This document shows, in pieces, positions 22,991 through 37,700 of a stretch of 64,000 bases of DNA; the first letter of the stretch is position 1; every line of letters starts with the position of its first letter. The stretch covers positions 24,056,001 to 24,120,000 of the forward strand of contig NC_043017.1 of assembly GCF_006345805.1 (NCBI RefSeq). The letters run 5' to 3'. Source of the stretch: Octopus sinensis (lineage: Eukaryota). A program made the translations under genes and the position numbers. Below the pieces are notes generated by a model. That model was not told the DNA's origin. It ran no database searches and saw only the letters and a program-made list of their open reading frames with translations.

Positions 22991-25900
22991 TTATAAACAA
23001 GGGCAATAGAAAATTATTCCAATGCCAATATGCTGAGAACAGACTTTAAATCGTCAATTTCCACATTTCAATATATATTCACTATAAATACATGTCATGC
23101 TGAAATTGAGGAAAGCGAGCCAACAGAATTTTTTTAAATTAATTCAATATAGAAATAACAAACTTTTTTTTAAAATTCTGCTGGCTCGCTTTCCTCAATT
23201 TCAGCACAACGTGTATTTATAGTGAATGTATATTGAAATGCGGCTTGCTACCCTAACTAGCAGGATAGCTTCATGCAAAAGCTAAACGATGCAAAGTGCA
23301 TTGTGACCATCAATGTATAACGACATCTGATAGTCTGTTTGATCACATAATCATATGATATATATATATGTGTGTAGCAAATGAGCCACTTATCTTCTGA
23401 GAAATAATTTTTTATGTGTGTTTGTGTGTGTATCTAAGTGATAAAAAAATAACACTAGATACTTACTTTCCCCAAATTTGTTAATCTCCTGAAATAAAAC
23501 AGAAAAAGAAAAGGTGATGAATTTATTTAAAAAGTAAGTCTGACCAAATAGTTAAGTCAAAAATTTTTCATTCCAAATATTTATAGAAGGCGGATGAAAT
23601 TTCTTTATAAGGAAATGCAGAATTGTAGAAGGGAGGGGTGGAGAAAAAGGAAGAGAAGACAAGGGTGAGACAGAAATGAAAGGAGAGAGAGAGCAAAAGG
23701 CATGATGTTAAGAGATGAGAAAGAGAACAAGATAAGTAATTAATGTTTAACAGTGGAATTATATTTGCCTATAAAAGGGAACTGAAACAAGTTCATACAT
23801 TTGACTCATGAAAAGCTTACTTTTCATTCCTATGACACAAACCATTGAGATAAAACATTGGCATAACTACAGATATATGCCCCACTGACTTCCTTAATAA
23901 CTTTCTGAAAAACAGATGTTTTTTTTTTAATGAAATTTTCCAGAGATACATTTTAGGTGGTGTACATCAAAGATGCATGGGAGTTTGTAGTGAATAACAC
24001 TTTCAGAGGGATGGAAAGGAGTTTCAGATAGACCACACACCTCAGTTTGTTTCCGCATAGCTTCCTGAAAACTAAATATTTTTAAATAAAATTTTCTACA
24101 AATAAGTTTTAGAGGGTGTATATAATGATGATGTTGGAATTTGATGTAAATGAAAAAAATTTGGGAATCAAGTCAGGTAAGTCACACACCTAGACTTTAT
24201 TTCCTCACACATTTTGATGAGGTGTGTAAATTATTTAACCCCCCTCACACACACACACACACATGCATAAATTTTTACACATAAAACTTTGACATAATTG
24301 TAATGTACACCCTCAGAAATATATTTATTGAAAATGTTTAATTAAAAATATCAATTTTCCAGAAAGTTATGAGGAAACAAAGTCAGCAAAGGGGCACACA
24401 TTTGTAGTTTTACCAAAATATTGAGTCTGATCGGCTGAAGTTCTCTTGTCTTCACTGCCTTTTATGTATACCACTGAAATTTCACTTACATTTTTCAGAT
24501 GATCAGAATCATAGTGGAACCGCGTGCTCCGACCAATATCCTCATCAATCCGTCTGAAACTTACAAATTCCTGCAAATACAAAGACAGCCAGTCAGGTGA
24601 AATGCCCACAGCCAAACAGCAGCACCATTTCTATCTTTCTCACTCTCAAATAAAAGACAAGGATACAAACTGTTATTTTTTTTTTCATTCTCCATATCAA
24701 ATGAACATATCAAGGTCATCATCCATGGAACCTTCCATGGATTAATTGTCCAGGTTCTGTATTTTACCTGACCTGTTTCTTTACTGCCCACAAGGGGCTA
24801 AACACAGAGGGGACAAACAAGGACAGACAAACGGATTAAGTCGATTACATCGACCCTAGAGCGTAACTGGTACTTAATTTATCAACCCCGAAAGGATGAA
24901 AGGCAAAGTCGACCTCGGCGGAATTTGAACCCAAAACGTAACGGCAGACAAAATACGGCTACACATTTCGCCCAGCGTGCTAACGGTTCTGCCAGCTCGC
25001 CGCCTTACCTAATAAAGAACATCATTATCATCATATTAATGCTCACTTTTCCATGCTTGCATGGGTCAGACAGAATTTCACAAGGTAGATTTTTCTCCAA
25101 CCTGATGTTCTTCCTGTTGCCAACCCTCACGTGTTTCCAAGTAAGGCAATATTCTTCAACACCAGAAATGCTTTCACAAAAGATTAAAGCAAAAGACACT
25201 GCTTGGATGTTGGTAACATTCATTTACAATTATCACATGATATCTACACAAGGAGACAGTAATACACACACATGCGTACACATATACATACATATGTAAA
25301 TGTATATATACATATATATATATCATCACTATTTAATGTCTGTTTTCCACGTTGAGATGGGTTGAATGGTTTGACAGGAGCTGGCAAGCCAGAGAGCTGC
25401 ACCAGATTCCAGTCGTCCGTTTTGGCTTGGTTTTTACAGCTGGGTGCTCTTCCTAATCTCAATCACTTTACAGAGTACACTTGGTGCTTTTTAAGTGTCT
25501 CAGCACAGGTACTCTTTTATATGGCACCAGCATAGGTGCTTTTCTATGTGACACCAGCACGGATACCTTTTTATATGGTGCCAGCACAAGTGCTCTTTTA
25601 CATGATGCTGGCACAGGGGCTTTTCTACAATGGACTCCTTTCAGTTTCCATCTATCAAATCCACTCACAAGGCTTTGGTCAGCTTTATGTTACAATAGAA
25701 GACACTTGCCCAAGATGGCACACAGTGGGACTGAACTAAGACCATGTGTTTGAGAAGCAAACTTCTTGCCACACAGTCAGTCCATATTCAAAGGACAGAG
25801 TATTGTCATCAAGTTAATTTTAGAAGAGCTCATCTCCATGCAAACTTAACTGGTGAGCTGACAACCAATCGAGTCAAATAACAGCCAAAACTCTTTTCAA

Positions 25901-28900
25901 CCAATAACATATCTCCAAGAATAATCTTGATACAAGAAAGATAAAATCCTCAGAATGAAGAAAACAACAAACATATCCAAAGCCATGAGTTCAATTCCCA
26001 GTGGTGTGTTGTCTCCTGACATCAGTTGCCAAGTAGTGGTAGGGGACAAATACAGACAAACACACACATATATATATATATATATACACACACACATGCA
26101 CGAGCAATGGGCTTCTTTCAGTTTCTGTTTACAAACCTTAATTTGACTTCTCAGTTCAGCAACTTCACTATCTTTCATCTGTTGAGCTCGATCAATCTGT
26201 ACCTTCAAATCAGCTGCCTTCTGTTTTCGCTGTTTTATAATATCTTCTGCAAAAAAAATCCAGACATGTCTACTGTTTTAGCATTGTTTTAGTTATGGTA
26301 AAGGAAATTAAGCTGGTTTCATTTAAAACAGTGGTTCTCAAAAGGGTCCATACAAGCTTTTGATGTTAAAGTTTATGAGCAATAAATTGGTTACACTTCA
26401 ACAATACACAAAACATTTTAACTACTTTTTATACAATTCCTTAATAATATTTGGTGATAAAAATATAATAGGATTTTTTAAAGCAACAAAATAGGAATCA
26501 AAGGGGTCCATAGGTAAAAAAATGGTTGAGAACCACTGATTTAAAACATGAAATTGTTAACATCAAAAATGGGAAGCTAGTTTTTAATTCTTACATCTTA
26601 TGTGTGTACATCAGTTATTCAATTTATCTGTAGTTATTCGGTTTATTTCTGAGCCCGTCACAATTTCACCACAGATGTATAGCATGAACTTAAGATGACG
26701 TGGCTTAAGTTTTGAGACAAGCATATGACCACTGACAAGATGAAACATGTATAAAGTAAAGCAAGTAGGACTTGACTTCATCAGGGGAGTTAACCTACTG
26801 ACATCGCCCTCAATAAGTTGATGGCCAAAGGGAAAGATAATTGCCTTTTCTCTAGCTCCTCATTAAAACACACACACACACACACAAAGTAAATAGCAAA
26901 AACCATATTATTCAGTTGATAGTTGGTAACAAAAAGATGGATGTAGAAATGCTAGTTTTGAAGTGTTAAATATTTAAATTAAAACCTCCCATTTTCATTT
27001 TACCTAAAACAAAACCTTTATTAACTTATTTTCCTAAGATAAAGTGAACTGCTTTAATAAATTGAAATCGAAATCAAATTCAATGACTGGCATCCGTTCT
27101 AGTGAAACGCTAAGAGCACCATCCGAGCGTGAGTGTTGCCAAAGCAGCTAACTGGCTTCCATGCTGGTGGCATGTAAAAAGCACCATTTGAGTGTGATCG
27201 TTACCAGCATCGCCTTACTGGCACTTGTGCCAGTGGAATGTGAAAAAACCATTCGAGTGCGGTCGTTGTCAGTGCTGCACGTAAAAAACACCATTTGAGC
27301 GTGGCCATTACCAGTACCACCTGACTGGCCCTCGTGCCGGTGGCACATAAAAGCACCCACTACACTCTCGGAGTGGTTGGTGTTAGGAAGGGCATCCAGC
27401 TGTAGGAACTCTACCAGATCAAGATTGGAGCCTGGTGTAGCCATCGTTGTCGTAACCGACGGAGTGCTTCCACCACTATTTATTTTATTACACAGGTGCC
27501 CAGTGGAGGGTAAAATGAGACAAAGAGGCCCAGGTAGAGGAAGTTAATTACTATACCAAACCACTTAAAACCATTGATTATTTAAAAAATTAAATGAAAA
27601 CTCTGAATGGAATGTAATATTTTATTTCAAATCTGGTCACAAAAGAGTTTTGAATGTTGATAGGTTCGACTCTGATTTCAGTAACTTTAGGTTACTTCTT
27701 AAGTGCTGCAATAAACAAAGATGTGATATAAAAGACAAACCTGCATCTAAATTCACTTTGTCCAGTTCTTGTATCATTTGTGACTCTCTTTCTTTAAGAC
27801 TGGAGAAGGAAAACAAAAAAACAAAAAATAATCAATCAATATGTTATTTGTCACTGATTCAAACAAGATAGTTGAGTTGTTTTAAGATACTCTAATTAAA
27901 ATTATTTATTAATGAATGATTAATTCTATAGATTTCATGGAAATGAAGGAGGGTACACTGACATCCACATGATTCTCAGGACATCTGTTATCTTATACTT
28001 GTTTCAGACTGCGACCATGCTGGAGCAATGCCTTGAAGAATTTTTAGTGAAACAAATCAACCCCAGTACTTATATTTTTTTCAAATCCTGGTGCTTATTC
28101 TATTGGTCTCTTTTGCCAAACCACTAAGTTATGGAGATGTAAACACACACATACACACACACACACACACACAGACACACACACACACACAAACACACAC
28201 ACACTCACACACTCACACACACACACACACACAGCAACAGGCTTCTTTCAGTTTCCATCTACCAACTCAACACACAGTGCTAAAACAAAATCCACATCAA
28301 TAAACTGCTTCCAACCCATACCGAGGGCTATAGCAGAAGACACTCATCCCAGGTGCCACGCAGTGGGACTGAACTCAAAACCTCTTACCATACAGCCGTG
28401 CCTGCACCTAATATTATTGTACAATACTTCTGATCAGGCAGTACACTGTCAGTACCAAATCCGTTCTAAGTACATATTATGACACAATTCAGAACATCAT
28501 TTCCTAAATTAAAGAACATAAATTTTTAACAATCATATATCATGTTTTGAGACTTAAGCAGAATCTGTAACACACTGAGTGGAGTCAGGAAAGACTTAAC
28601 AGAACAAATCAGGATGTATTTTTCCTGATTTGATTCCGTATTGGCAAACACTGATTTGTTCTAAAGCCAGCCTCATAATTTATGCTACCAAATCATATAC
28701 AGAATTAATATGTACCGACCATAACCTACATACAATAAGCAGATTATACAATCATAATCCAATTCTTATTCAGATTAATGTATTATGAAGAGTTATTGCT
28801 GTTTAGCCATAGGTTAACCCTGATCCTGTAGACCTATGGTCAGAGGCTTTCTAACTATGATGGGTCAGTTGTCTTAGAGATGTGTATGTAGGGAAGCCAT

Positions 28901-29278
28901 GTGGCTTAGTGGTTAGGCTATTCTGCTCGTGTTCATAAGGCCATGAGTTCAATTCCCAGTGGTGTGTTGTCTCCTTGAGCAAGACACTTTATTTCACATC
29001 GCTCCAGTCCACTCAGCTGGCAAAAATGAGTTGTACATGTAATTCAAAGGTCCTACATTGTCACATTCTGTGTCACACTGAATATCCCTGATAACTACAT
29101 CAAGGGTACGCATGTGTGTGGAGTACTCAGCCACTTGCACTTCAATTTCAAAAGCAGGCTGTTCCATTGATCAGATGAACTGGAACACTTGTCATCATAA
29201 CCGACAGAGTGTCAGTTATGCATGATGACTTTATCAGAAGTGTTCCTTCCTTATTTAACTTTTTCATTGCTATATTAC

Positions 29279-29344
<66 letters not shown>

Positions 29345-29831
29345 ATGGATCTTGTGCAGTTTCTGTCTACCAAATCTACTCACAAGATTTTGATCAGCTC
29401 AATGCTATAGTAGCAGACACTTACCCAAGGTGTCACACAGTGGGACTGAACTCCTGACCAGACAATTGAGAAATATTTAATTTCATCTCTACACATTATA
29501 AGTTCAAAATCTCTCCATAGCCTACTTTATTTATCATCGCTCCTAAGGTCAATAAAACAAAGTACCAGGGATATTCGGGGGAGGGGAGTGGTTTAATAGA
29601 CTGCGTTCCCTCCTCCAGTCCCACTCCTTGTTCTCATACGCCAATGTAAGAAATCATTAACACACACAAATATAAAACGATGCAGATAGCCAAGACAATA
29701 GAAAGCTAGACTGGCTGCTTTTTTTTAGTATATCACCAAAACGAATAATAATAATAATAATAATAATAACAACAATAATAATAATAATAATAATGATAAT
29801 AATAATAACAATAATAACAATAATAATAATG

Positions 29832-29862
<31 letters not shown>

Positions 29863-32800
29863 TAATAACAATAATAATAATAATAATAACAATAAACTGT
29901 GACCTGAGGAAAAAGCTATGAAATTTGAGATTCTCCAATCAATCAAAGAAACATTGATGAAGTAATAATCGACATAATCACATCTATTTTTGCGTGCATG
30001 CTTTATTGTTGATACAATTTTCAAAGTGTAATATTATATCAATGTTAAACGTCATCTAAAAGTGGTAACGAAGTAGAAACACCAGATCATTACTAAATTG
30101 ATGGTTGTTGTTGTTGTGTGTGGTTTGTCTGATAGAGATCATAGCACTTGCGCTCTGTAATATGGTTCAGAGAAGCCAGTGACCATCACAGTGGCATGAC
30201 CTACAGAGATCAGTAAACAACACTATGGTATGACCAGACAGCCACCAGCAAGGAGCACAATAGTTTGGTCAAGAAAGCCTAGCAAAAGCTGGACAATGAT
30301 TTTGCTGAGAGAAGCCAGTAAGCTTCACTGTGATTTGGTCAAAAAAGGCCGCTGACCATCCACTAAAATACAGCTGATAGCAACAAGCAATAATAATCAG
30401 CAATTAGCTTGCTGTATATAGGTGCAGGTATGACTATGAGGTAAGAAGTTTGTTTCCCAACCACATGGTTCTGGGTTCAATCCCACTGCATGCCATCTTG
30501 AGCAGGTGTCTTCTACTATAACCCCCGGCCAACCAAAGCCTTGTTAGTGGATTTGGTAGACAGAAACCGAAAGAAGCTCATTGTATGTATGTATGTGTGT
30601 GTGTGTATGTATTCGTTTACTTGCTTTTACTTGTTTCGGTGCTGGGGCACCACCATGAATTTTTTTTTTTTTTGAGTAAATTTATGTAATTTTTTTTTTT
30701 TTAAAGTTAGTTAAAATATGTTTGTGACATATATAAACTTCTAAAAGCAAATTCACTGCAGTATTCATGGAGAAAAAAATTCCCTCTAATGGTAAAGGGT
30801 GTACAAATGCCATACCTGCCCAGTGTGCTTCCCTCTAGTGGATTCCCAGATGCATGGTTCTGGCTCTTTAACCTATCTCAATGGGAAATACCAAAGAGAT
30901 ATAACCCTGGGTAGATTCCAAAGCTGTAGCTTTAACTGAAAAAGTAGTCAACATCAGTGACTGAGTTGCACTACTGGATCACGTGCCAAGCAGTGACTAG
31001 GAATAAATGAATTTTAGGTTACTCTTTTACTTGTTTCAGTCATTTGACTGTGGCCATGCTGGAGCACCGCCTTTAGTCAAGCAAATCGATCCCAGGACTT
31101 ATTCTTTGTAAGCCTAGTACTTATTGTATTGGCCTCTTTTGCTGAAACGCTAAGTTACGGGGATGTAAACACACCAGCATCAGTTGTCAAGTGATGTTGG
31201 GGGGGGGGACAAATATAAACATACACACACACACATATATATATATATACGACAAGCTTCTTTCAGTTTCCATCTACCAAATCCACTCACAACGCTTTGG
31301 TCGGCCCAAGGCTATAGTAGAAGACAGTTGCCCAAAGTTCCACACAGTAGGACTGAACCCAGAACCATGTGGTTCGTAAGCAAGCTACTTACCACACAGC
31401 CACTCACCAACCAGTGCCATACCAGTATACTTGTATGTCAGTTATGACAAGTGTTCCAGTCACTGATGCAATCAACAGAAGTCCCTACTCATGAAATTAA
31501 TATGCAGGTTGAGTACTCCACAGATACATGTACCCCTAATGTAGTTCTCAAGAAGATTCAGTGTGACAGAGAATGTGACAAGGCTGGCCCCTTTGAAATA
31601 CAGGTACAAACTCATTTTTGTCAGTGGAATGGACTGGAACAACATGAAATAAAGTGTTTTGCTCAAGGAGACAACACACTGCTGGGAATTGAACTCACAA
31701 CCTTACGATTGTAAGTCGAATACCCTAACCCCTGAGCTATGCACCTTCACTATGGCTAATAAACACCTACCATAGTTGCCAAAGCCAGAGGAAATTTGTA
31801 CCAAGCAATTAATAATCGTAATAAGAACACTCACCAAGAATACATTTCTTCAAAGACAGTACTAATTCGTTTGTAAGCTTTCTTCACTTCTTCATTCAGC
31901 ACCAATTGTAATCTATCCAAAGATACTGTCTGTCTATTCAAATCCTTAATGGATTTCTCAAGACCTAAAACATAAACATTTTTCAATAGAATAGAATGAC
32001 ACATCATTGCAAGATCATTTTTGATGAAACATCGATCATCTGACGAATAACAGTTTTGAACCACAGAACAATATGAAATCATTTTTTTCCAAAATAATAA
32101 TAAGTAGGAGGAGGAGCAGCAGGAGGAGGAGGAGGAGGAGGAAAGAAAATTTAGTCACAAAACAAGAACGTAAAAAAATCTAGAAATTTGCAAATATAAT
32201 AGTAATAAGAATGGTTTCAAATTTTGGCACAAAGCCAGCAATTTCAGAGGAGGATTAAGTCGATTACATCAACCCCAGTGTTTAACTGGTACTTATTTTA
32301 TTGACCCCCAAAAGGATGAAAGGCAGAAATCAACCCTGGCAGAATTTGAATTCAGAACGTGAAGACAGACAAAATGCCGCTAAGAATTTTGCCCAGCTTG
32401 CTAATGATTCTGCCACCTCACTGCCTCAATAATAATGATGATGATGATGATGATGATGATGCTGATTTCTTTATTTGTCACAAGGCAATGAATAGGAGAA
32501 CATTACAAAGATGAATTTTAGAAAAAGCGCAGAGTGGTTACACTGAGGGGGAAAAATACATATTGAAAAGAAGAAAAAATTACAAATAAAAAATAATAAA
32601 ATGAAATAATGAGAGACAGTTACCTGAAGTAAAACAGACCTTCCCCACAAATCTTTAAAATTCTTCAACACAAAGGCAAGTACCTTCCTCCTGCTAGGAA
32701 ATTACGAATGAGAATTGAGATTGGAACTCTACTGGAAGGCGCACTTCCTTCTTCATCCTCACCATCCCTTTTCAAGTTGGTGAGAGAAAGGCAGATGAAG

Positions 32801-34760
32801 AATGTCTGTCCTCAGTCTTTGCAATCTCATCCACCTTGCTATCTCTTTTGCCATAGCCATCAGAGGGAGGAAAACTGCCCATGGCTCCTTACCAACAGAA
32901 GGCAGTAGAACCATTTTTGCAATGGTCTTGGCTGACAGCTGGAACCACCCTGCACACAGTAACAAGTGATTGACATAACTCCACAAGTTAGTAATGTTCA
33001 GACAATGAATGAGTGCAGGCAGAATGGCTTTAGTCTTCTATGGGCACCTTGGATGGGCCACAATGACAGCACTACTCTGCTCGTAGAATTTATCTGGAAC
33101 TAGCACCATACCCTGTAGCACTATTTCACGTTTAGAAGTTGCCCTTAATCCCTGACTTGAAATCATGCAGAACGTCCTCATCAATACCCAGAATTGTTCA
33201 CAGACTATTGTTGTGCAAACCCGCCACTAATCCCCTATAAAATGATAGGATGGATGTCCCACTGAATGTATGGCTTAGGTGGTGGGATATACTAAGTGCC
33301 GATCAATATTCTAGAAGCCAGATGATCCCAACCTTGGTCTGTTCTTGACACAAAACTGAGTTGAACAGATGAGTTCTAGCAAGGCATATCTCAAAATTAC
33401 AACCACACCTGTTCCTTATCATGATTATCCAGGAATTTTTGCAGGTGTCTTAGTCTTAGCACACGCCTGTACATCCTATACACATATCTGCACACAATCA
33501 GATGCTATGCATCCACTGCAATTTGTCAAAGACCCCAGTGTAGCTGTGTCACTCAAGCCCATTGAACAACATTTGTTCAAATGTGTTCAAATGCTTACAC
33601 ATTAGCAAAGACAAGACTACCAACATTATAGGGCTTACTACTGTTGTTGTTGTTAGTTTTGTTCTTTAGCTATTCACTACTGGTGCTACTTAAAGCATTT
33701 CACTTTTCACTGATATTCTCCACATTTTCACTCGATTTATCAATGTCAACATCTTCCATTGGACCATTTTCCGTTTTGTTTTTTGAAATTTCTATTATTG
33801 ATACCATTTCTGTTGTTGTTGTTGCCACAGCTAATGTTATTTCTGTTGTTATTGCAATGCTAAATTCCATTATCCCAAATGAATCTAATGATATTCTCCC
33901 AATCAACCGCTAATAAATAATCGCCATTCTGCCAGTTACAACATGTGTTCCAGTTGATCTAATCAACATAACAGCCTGCTCATGAAATTAACATGCAAGT
34001 GGCTGAGTACTCCACAGATACGCAGACCCTTAATGAAGTTCTCAGGGAGATCCAGTGTGAACACAATGTGACAAGGCTGATAAGATGACGAGCTAGTAGA
34101 AACGTTAGCACACCAGGTAAAATGCTTAGTGGTATTTCGTCTTTCTTTATGTTCTGAGTTCAAATCCCACCGAGGTCGACTTTGCCTTTTATCCTCCTGG
34201 GATCGATAAATCAAGCACCAGTTGCTTACTGGGGTCGATCTAATCGACTGGCCCCCTCCACAAAAATTTTGGGCTTTGTGCCTAGAGTAGAAAAGAATGT
34301 GATAAGGCCGACCCTTTGAATTACAAGTACAACACATTTTTGCTAGCTGAGTGAACTGGAGCAACGTGAAGTAAAGTGTCTTGCTCAAGCACACAATGCA
34401 CTGGCAAGAATTGAACTCAGAACCTCATGATATTAAACCAAATGCCCTAACCACTAAGCCACGTACCTTCGCTGTCATCAATCAATAATATGGCAGGTAA
34501 AAAGAAGATGCTGTTTTGATTGATAGTAAGAGATACAGCAGCAGTAACATTGGTGGAGAGAGGCTGGATTAGACAAACTGCTATTAGACAGTCAATAAAA
34601 AAATAATAGTATGGTGGATATATTTTAGTAAAAAATGGCTGTGCATAGACACACACGAGTATGTGTGTGTGTGTTATTGTGTTTGTATACATGTATATGT
34701 GCATTTATATATATGTGTATGCATGTAATTGTATGTGTAGTGGTATATATGTGTGAATGC

Positions 34761-34797
<37 letters not shown>

Positions 34798-37700
34798 TGC
34801 ATGTATATGTGTATATATGCATGCATACATGTGTATGTATGCATGTATGTATAAACACATGCGCACACATATATAAACATACACGCCAACACACACATGC
34901 ATGAATTTATTCACCTGTCTCAAGGCAACTTAAGTTTCTCAATATTACTCATTAAAGAAATTAGCAGCAATACCACTTTGAGAAGGTTTGTTTTTCAATT
35001 AGAACAAAAGCAAACCAAGTGGGAGTGGCCGAGCACATCAAACACTGACTCTTTACATTATCCACTGATTAATGCAGCAGCTCTATTTTTAGACCTTTGG
35101 CCAAGGCCACCCCCTTCCCCCGTCCCCCCACCCCCACCACACTGATTGTCTGTTCAATTACCAATCTTAAAATCTCTTTTTATGACTATTGCAGTAGCTA
35201 TTGTTTATAAAACAATATAAGTAACAGCGGAGAGCTAGTAATGATATGATCCTTCAGAACAAAAAAATATCTCGACAGACATCAAAAGCAGCTGAACTAT
35301 CAGCGCTTTGCAGAAAAACTAAACAAACACACACGTATTCACATCTGTGTGGTTGATGGTGAAAAGGGCATCCAGCCATAAAATGCAATCCATTCCAAAA
35401 TGGGAAGATGAAGTGGAGATTTGGATTCACAAAGTAGAGTTAGATGGTTACCGTCTAGGTCAGTGTAATGCTGCATCACCATCCATTATCTTTTTTCCCT
35501 GCCACCCCTGCTTCATATTTTATCTAATCCAGGTGTGAGCAACCTTTTACAGGAAGCAGGTCACATGAGACATGGCTCTCCTTCAGGCAAGCTGCACAAC
35601 TAAAAAAGAGAAAGATAGTGGCTTGTGGAATAGTGTTGTCTTGGATTTACGGAGTCTCAAAATAAGATGGGATGGTCATAGCCAGAACACCTTTGACCAC
35701 TGGTTTGTCAGCTCAATCAAGGTATGACCAGGGGCTATAAACATCACACATTTTCCAATCACACCATCACCACCATCGCCAATGTAATACAGCATCACCA
35801 CCAACCATCTCTTTTCCCTACCATCCTTACTTCATATTTTTTCTAACCCAGACGTGGACAACTTTTTACAAGAAGCAGGTCACATGAGACATGACTCTCT
35901 TTCAGACAAGCCACATGACTGAAAAAACCAATGGTAGTTTTTTGTTGGAATGCCATTCAGAAAGTCCTGTGGACTGCAGTTTGTCCATGAATCTATCCCC
36001 CACCATCAACACACTATTCCTTCATCATACTTAGTCATCTTAATGTTGCACTACTGCAGTGTCACTCAACCTTTTGTTTTGCTTTTTTTTCCTATGGACC
36101 CCTTTAATTCCTATTTTACTCAGAAAAACCCTCATAGCCATTCAATGTTTAGAAAAAATTATATTTTTATAATGAAATATTATAATAATTGTATTAAAAA
36201 TTGTTAAAATATTTTGTGTATTGTGGAAGTAAAACCAATTTATTGCAGGTAAATTATAACAACAAAATCTTATGTGGGCCCCCAGCAGCTCTATGGACCT
36301 TGTTGAGAACCAAAGATGAGGGGTCTTCAATTTCTTGTTGAATGACCTGCACGGATGATTTGTTTATTGTGATGAAATGTTTGTGCTGTACATTAGCTCC
36401 TCCCTTCCATCAAAATCAACAGTACCTGTACAGGTGTGCAGTACGCCACACATTTGATGTCAAAATGGTTGCAGAACAATGTGCAATGAAGTGTTTGGCC
36501 CAAGAAGACAAAACTCTGTCTGGTCTGGGAATTGAAGTCATGGTCTTACAATCATGAATGTAACACTCTAACCACTAAGCCATGTGCCCTCACGTGCTTA
36601 CCATCTAACACTAACCCCAACACAAATAAAACACAAAAAATGCTACAAGGTAGAGGAGACACTTTCATTTTTGCAAACATCCCTTTGAATGTCAGTGATG
36701 CTATAAAATGTACACAAACCATACTAGCAAATGATTGGGGGTAGAAACAGTATCCAGTCATAGAAATATCATGTTCTCAAATCAGTTGTTCACAACAGAG
36801 ATTGAGTTTTGTCTTTAGAGAACAGTAATCTCTCAACTATCGCAGGTGTTACGTTCCAAAACCCTCCGCAATAGATGAAAATCCACAAAGTAGAAACAGT
36901 ACTGTTCTGTGTATATTTTTTAATCCTTTTTATAATTTGCATATATTTATTTTATTATAAATGCAAAACAACACCACGGAGGAATCAGTGTAAGCTTAAA
37001 TAATAAACCGCAGTAGGTGAACCGTGATAAGGTGAGGGATTACTGTACTGTGTCAGAGAAGGAAGTAATGTGACAGACCCATCCAATCCATGCCAGCATG
37101 GAAAAAAGAAGGTAAACTGATGGTCATAATATTATATGCACGTACGTGTACATGTGCATGAGTGTGTGTAAAAAAAAAATCAAACAGGCTCCAATGAGGC
37201 TTGTGTTGTTCTGCATCGGCAAGACTTATGTAGTGAAACTGATAAAAAAAGAGTACAATGGAAGCAACAATTGTAAATACAAACACACCCAGCCATATGG
37301 GCTTCCACATAGTTTCCATCTACCAAAATCACTTACACAATATTAGACAATACAGGGCTATAGTAGAACACATTTGCTCAATGTGTCACACAGTAGAATT
37401 GAACTTGAAACCACATGGTTGCAAAGTGAGCTCCTTAACCACGGAGCCAAGCCTGCACCTATCTGATAAATAATTACTGCAAAACAGGTGAATTTGTCTC
37501 AAAGACATGGCTCAACACAAGTGAGATGCTGCTAAAATTAACTAAATCAGTGAAAATCAATACTATATCTTATTGAAAATTTATTTATGTTCACACCTGC
37601 ATATGGTTTCTTGACTTTAGACACCACATTCGGGCCCAAGTCAACCCTGTTGTCACTTTTCGTTGATCCAGAATGTCCTAAGAGAAAACAAAAAATTTAA

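Noticed and set aside
33640-33913. Acidic minus-strand ORF (…[23 protein letters not shown]) as an extra exon
   Set aside because: No convincing acceptor/donor pair, in-frame stop, and flanking exons already join in phase; looks like decayed trinucleotide-rich sequence
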